From a virus (Duplodnaviria; Caudoviricetes): a stretch of 45,138 nt of DNA. The first letter of the stretch is position 1. Each line of letters opens with the position of its first letter. Below, in pieces: positions 43,765-45,138 of this stretch. The stretch covers positions 1 to 45,138 of IMG/VR virus record IMGVR_UViG_3300049484_000288. One strand, 5' to 3'. A program made the translations under genes and the position numbers. The notes beneath the pieces are model-generated. The model was not told the DNA's origin, did not search any database, and saw only the letters and a list, made by a program, of their open reading frames with translations.

Positions 43765-45138
43765 AGATCCCAACTTACCAAGCTGAGAGCAATCCCAACA
43801 CCGGTGCCGTTTATCGCGAGATCCCGGTAGGGCCTGCTATGGCAGAGGGTCAGGCGCAACTCAACTTCGTTGCGGCACTGACGGCGGTAGGTAATACTGT
43901 TACCCAGGACAATGCTCGCGCCAAGGCAGCTCTTGAGAAGAAGCAGCATGAGGAAGCGGTCGTCTGGTCTGATGGCATGGCCTCGGCTATCCGAATGGAT
44001 GCCACGAAATTCCAGGAAGAGGCGACCCTAACGATGCCCCCTGGCGGTGAGGGCCACGCCAATCGAGTCGACAGCTACTACACTACCAAGGTGAAGCAAG
44101 CGGAGGAGGGAGCACCTTCGGCTCAAGCTGCCCAGATGCTGCGACTGCGTACTAACGAGCAGCGGGCTTCATTCTACGGTAGCAGCTTGCAACAGGAAGC
44201 CACCGAAAAGATTCGCTACAAGTCTGGACTGATCTCCGACGGTACCAAGACAGATGCTCTACACATCTATGCCAAAGGTGCTTTCGGACTAGGGGTCTAC
44301 ATGGATCCGGGTCAGATGCTCAAGAATCCGGTGGACTACGGCAAAGCCCTTGGTCCCAAGTCTGAGATGTACGGGTTGTACTCTTCCAAGCGCAATGCTA
44401 TTGCCGAGTCGGGTCTGCCTACACAGGTCAAACAGAACCTTGTTGCTACCCTCGACAAGGAGTTCACCGAGTCGTATCTTTACAACCGGTTGAACAATGA
44501 TCCGCACAACCTTATACAGGAGCTCAAGTCTAACTTTAGCCAAGCTTTTCTCGAAGGTCAGGGCATTAAGCCAGATCAGAACACTCTGCAGAGTTTCCTG
44601 TCAGCCGCGCAAGCCGCGGACAAAGCCAGGATGCATCAGTTCAAAGGGCAGGTTAGTCGTTGGATGGATGACAATATCGCTTCCATTCAGTGGAAAGGAG
44701 CAGAAATAGAGGCTCCGCTTAGCCAAGAAAGCACTATGATGGAGGCTGTCGGCGAAGACAACTGGGCTGAGTATCTGAACAAGCGCACGATTGCTTGGGG
44801 TGTACGCAAGGGGCTAAACGCTATCCTTGAGAATCCTCATCCTACCAACATGATGAAGGTGTTGGAAGATCACCGTAGAGCTGGTGTCGGGGATGCTACG
44901 GCAGAGCAACGTCAAATCTACGAACAGTTGGCCGCTGCCGCAAGTAGCTTTCAGAAGATGGTAGTGACCGATGGCGCGACCGTCGCAGCCGAGGCTATGA
45001 AGAATGCTGATATCAAGGTGCACGATAACTACGGGCAGATGCACACCAACGATTCGTATGCTCGAGCTAGCGCTGCCATGCAATATCAGAAGATGGCTGG
45101 CTTGCCGGAGTACGGTCAGCAGCCTATTCCGGTGGATG
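43761..45138 (+). CDS. N-terminal part of the ejection protein that continues into 5-1372 (absent from ORF track because it has no stop in the window)
   Basis: ATG 43761 overlaps the upstream TGA (ATGA); MKIPTYQ.. start; frame open to the window end and in frame with ORF 5-1372. Confidence 0.8.
   Translation, partial: MKIPTYQAESNPNTGAVYREIPVGPAMAEGQAQLNFVAALTAVGNTVTQDNARAKAALEKKQHEEAVVWSDGMASAIRMDATKFQEEATLTMPPGGEGHANRVDSYYTTKVKQAEEGAPSAQAAQMLRLRTNEQRASFYGSSLQQEATEKIRYKSGLISDGTKTDALHIYAKGAFGLGVYMDPGQMLKNPVDYGKALGPKSEMYGLYSSKRNAIAESGLPTQVKQNLVATLDKEFTESYLYNRLNNDPHNLIQELKSNFSQAFLEGQGIKPDQNTLQSFLSAAQAADKARMHQFKGQVSRWMDDNIASIQWKGAEIEAPLSQESTMMEAVGEDNWAEYLNKRTIAWGVRKGLNAILENPHPTNMMKVLEDHRRAGVGDATAEQRQIYEQLAAAASSFQKMVVTDGATVAAEAMKNADIKVHDNYGQMHTNDSYARASAAMQYQKMAGLPEYGQQPIPVD
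44993..45138. repeat. Terminal direct repeat, right copy
   Basis: 146 nt matching 1-146 with one mismatch. Confidence 0.95.

Overview
The window is an essentially complete ~45 kb tailed dsDNA phage genome (podovirus architecture), circularly permuted: bases 1-146 repeat at 44993-45138 with one mismatch, so the unit genome is ~44,992 bp, and one ejection-protein gene runs across the junction. There are two divergent arms. The + arm (28461-45138 continuing into 1-10374) carries terminase, portal, scaffold, major capsid, accessory virion proteins, T7/BPP-1-style tail tubular A/B, ejection proteins, a segmented tail fibre and small membrane proteins. The - arm (10368-27959) carries early small genes, a nucleotide-metabolism cluster and a replication module (family A polymerase, AEP primase, UvrD and SNF2 helicases, VRR-NUC-like nuclease). 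I see no integrase, RNA polymerase, reverse transcriptase or obvious endolysin. Four things stand out. (1) An NDP-sugar epimerase/reductase, a GT-A glycosyltransferase and a SAM methyltransferase sit inside the head-gene operon, just behind a Ser/Thr/Asn-rich repetitive fibre protein, suggesting a virion glycosylation system. (2) An ejection protein carries an internal HipA/PI3K-like kinase domain and a VIP2-like ADP-ribosyltransferase domain. (3) A probable cytosine-modification cluster includes a thymidylate-synthase homologue with Asp at the specificity position, a dNMP kinase fused to a UDG-like domain, a MazG-like pyrophosphatase, a dCMP deaminase and a methyltransferase. (4) A triplicated tail-tip cassette has conserved junction sequences. 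All function calls come from motif recognition by eye; no searches were run.
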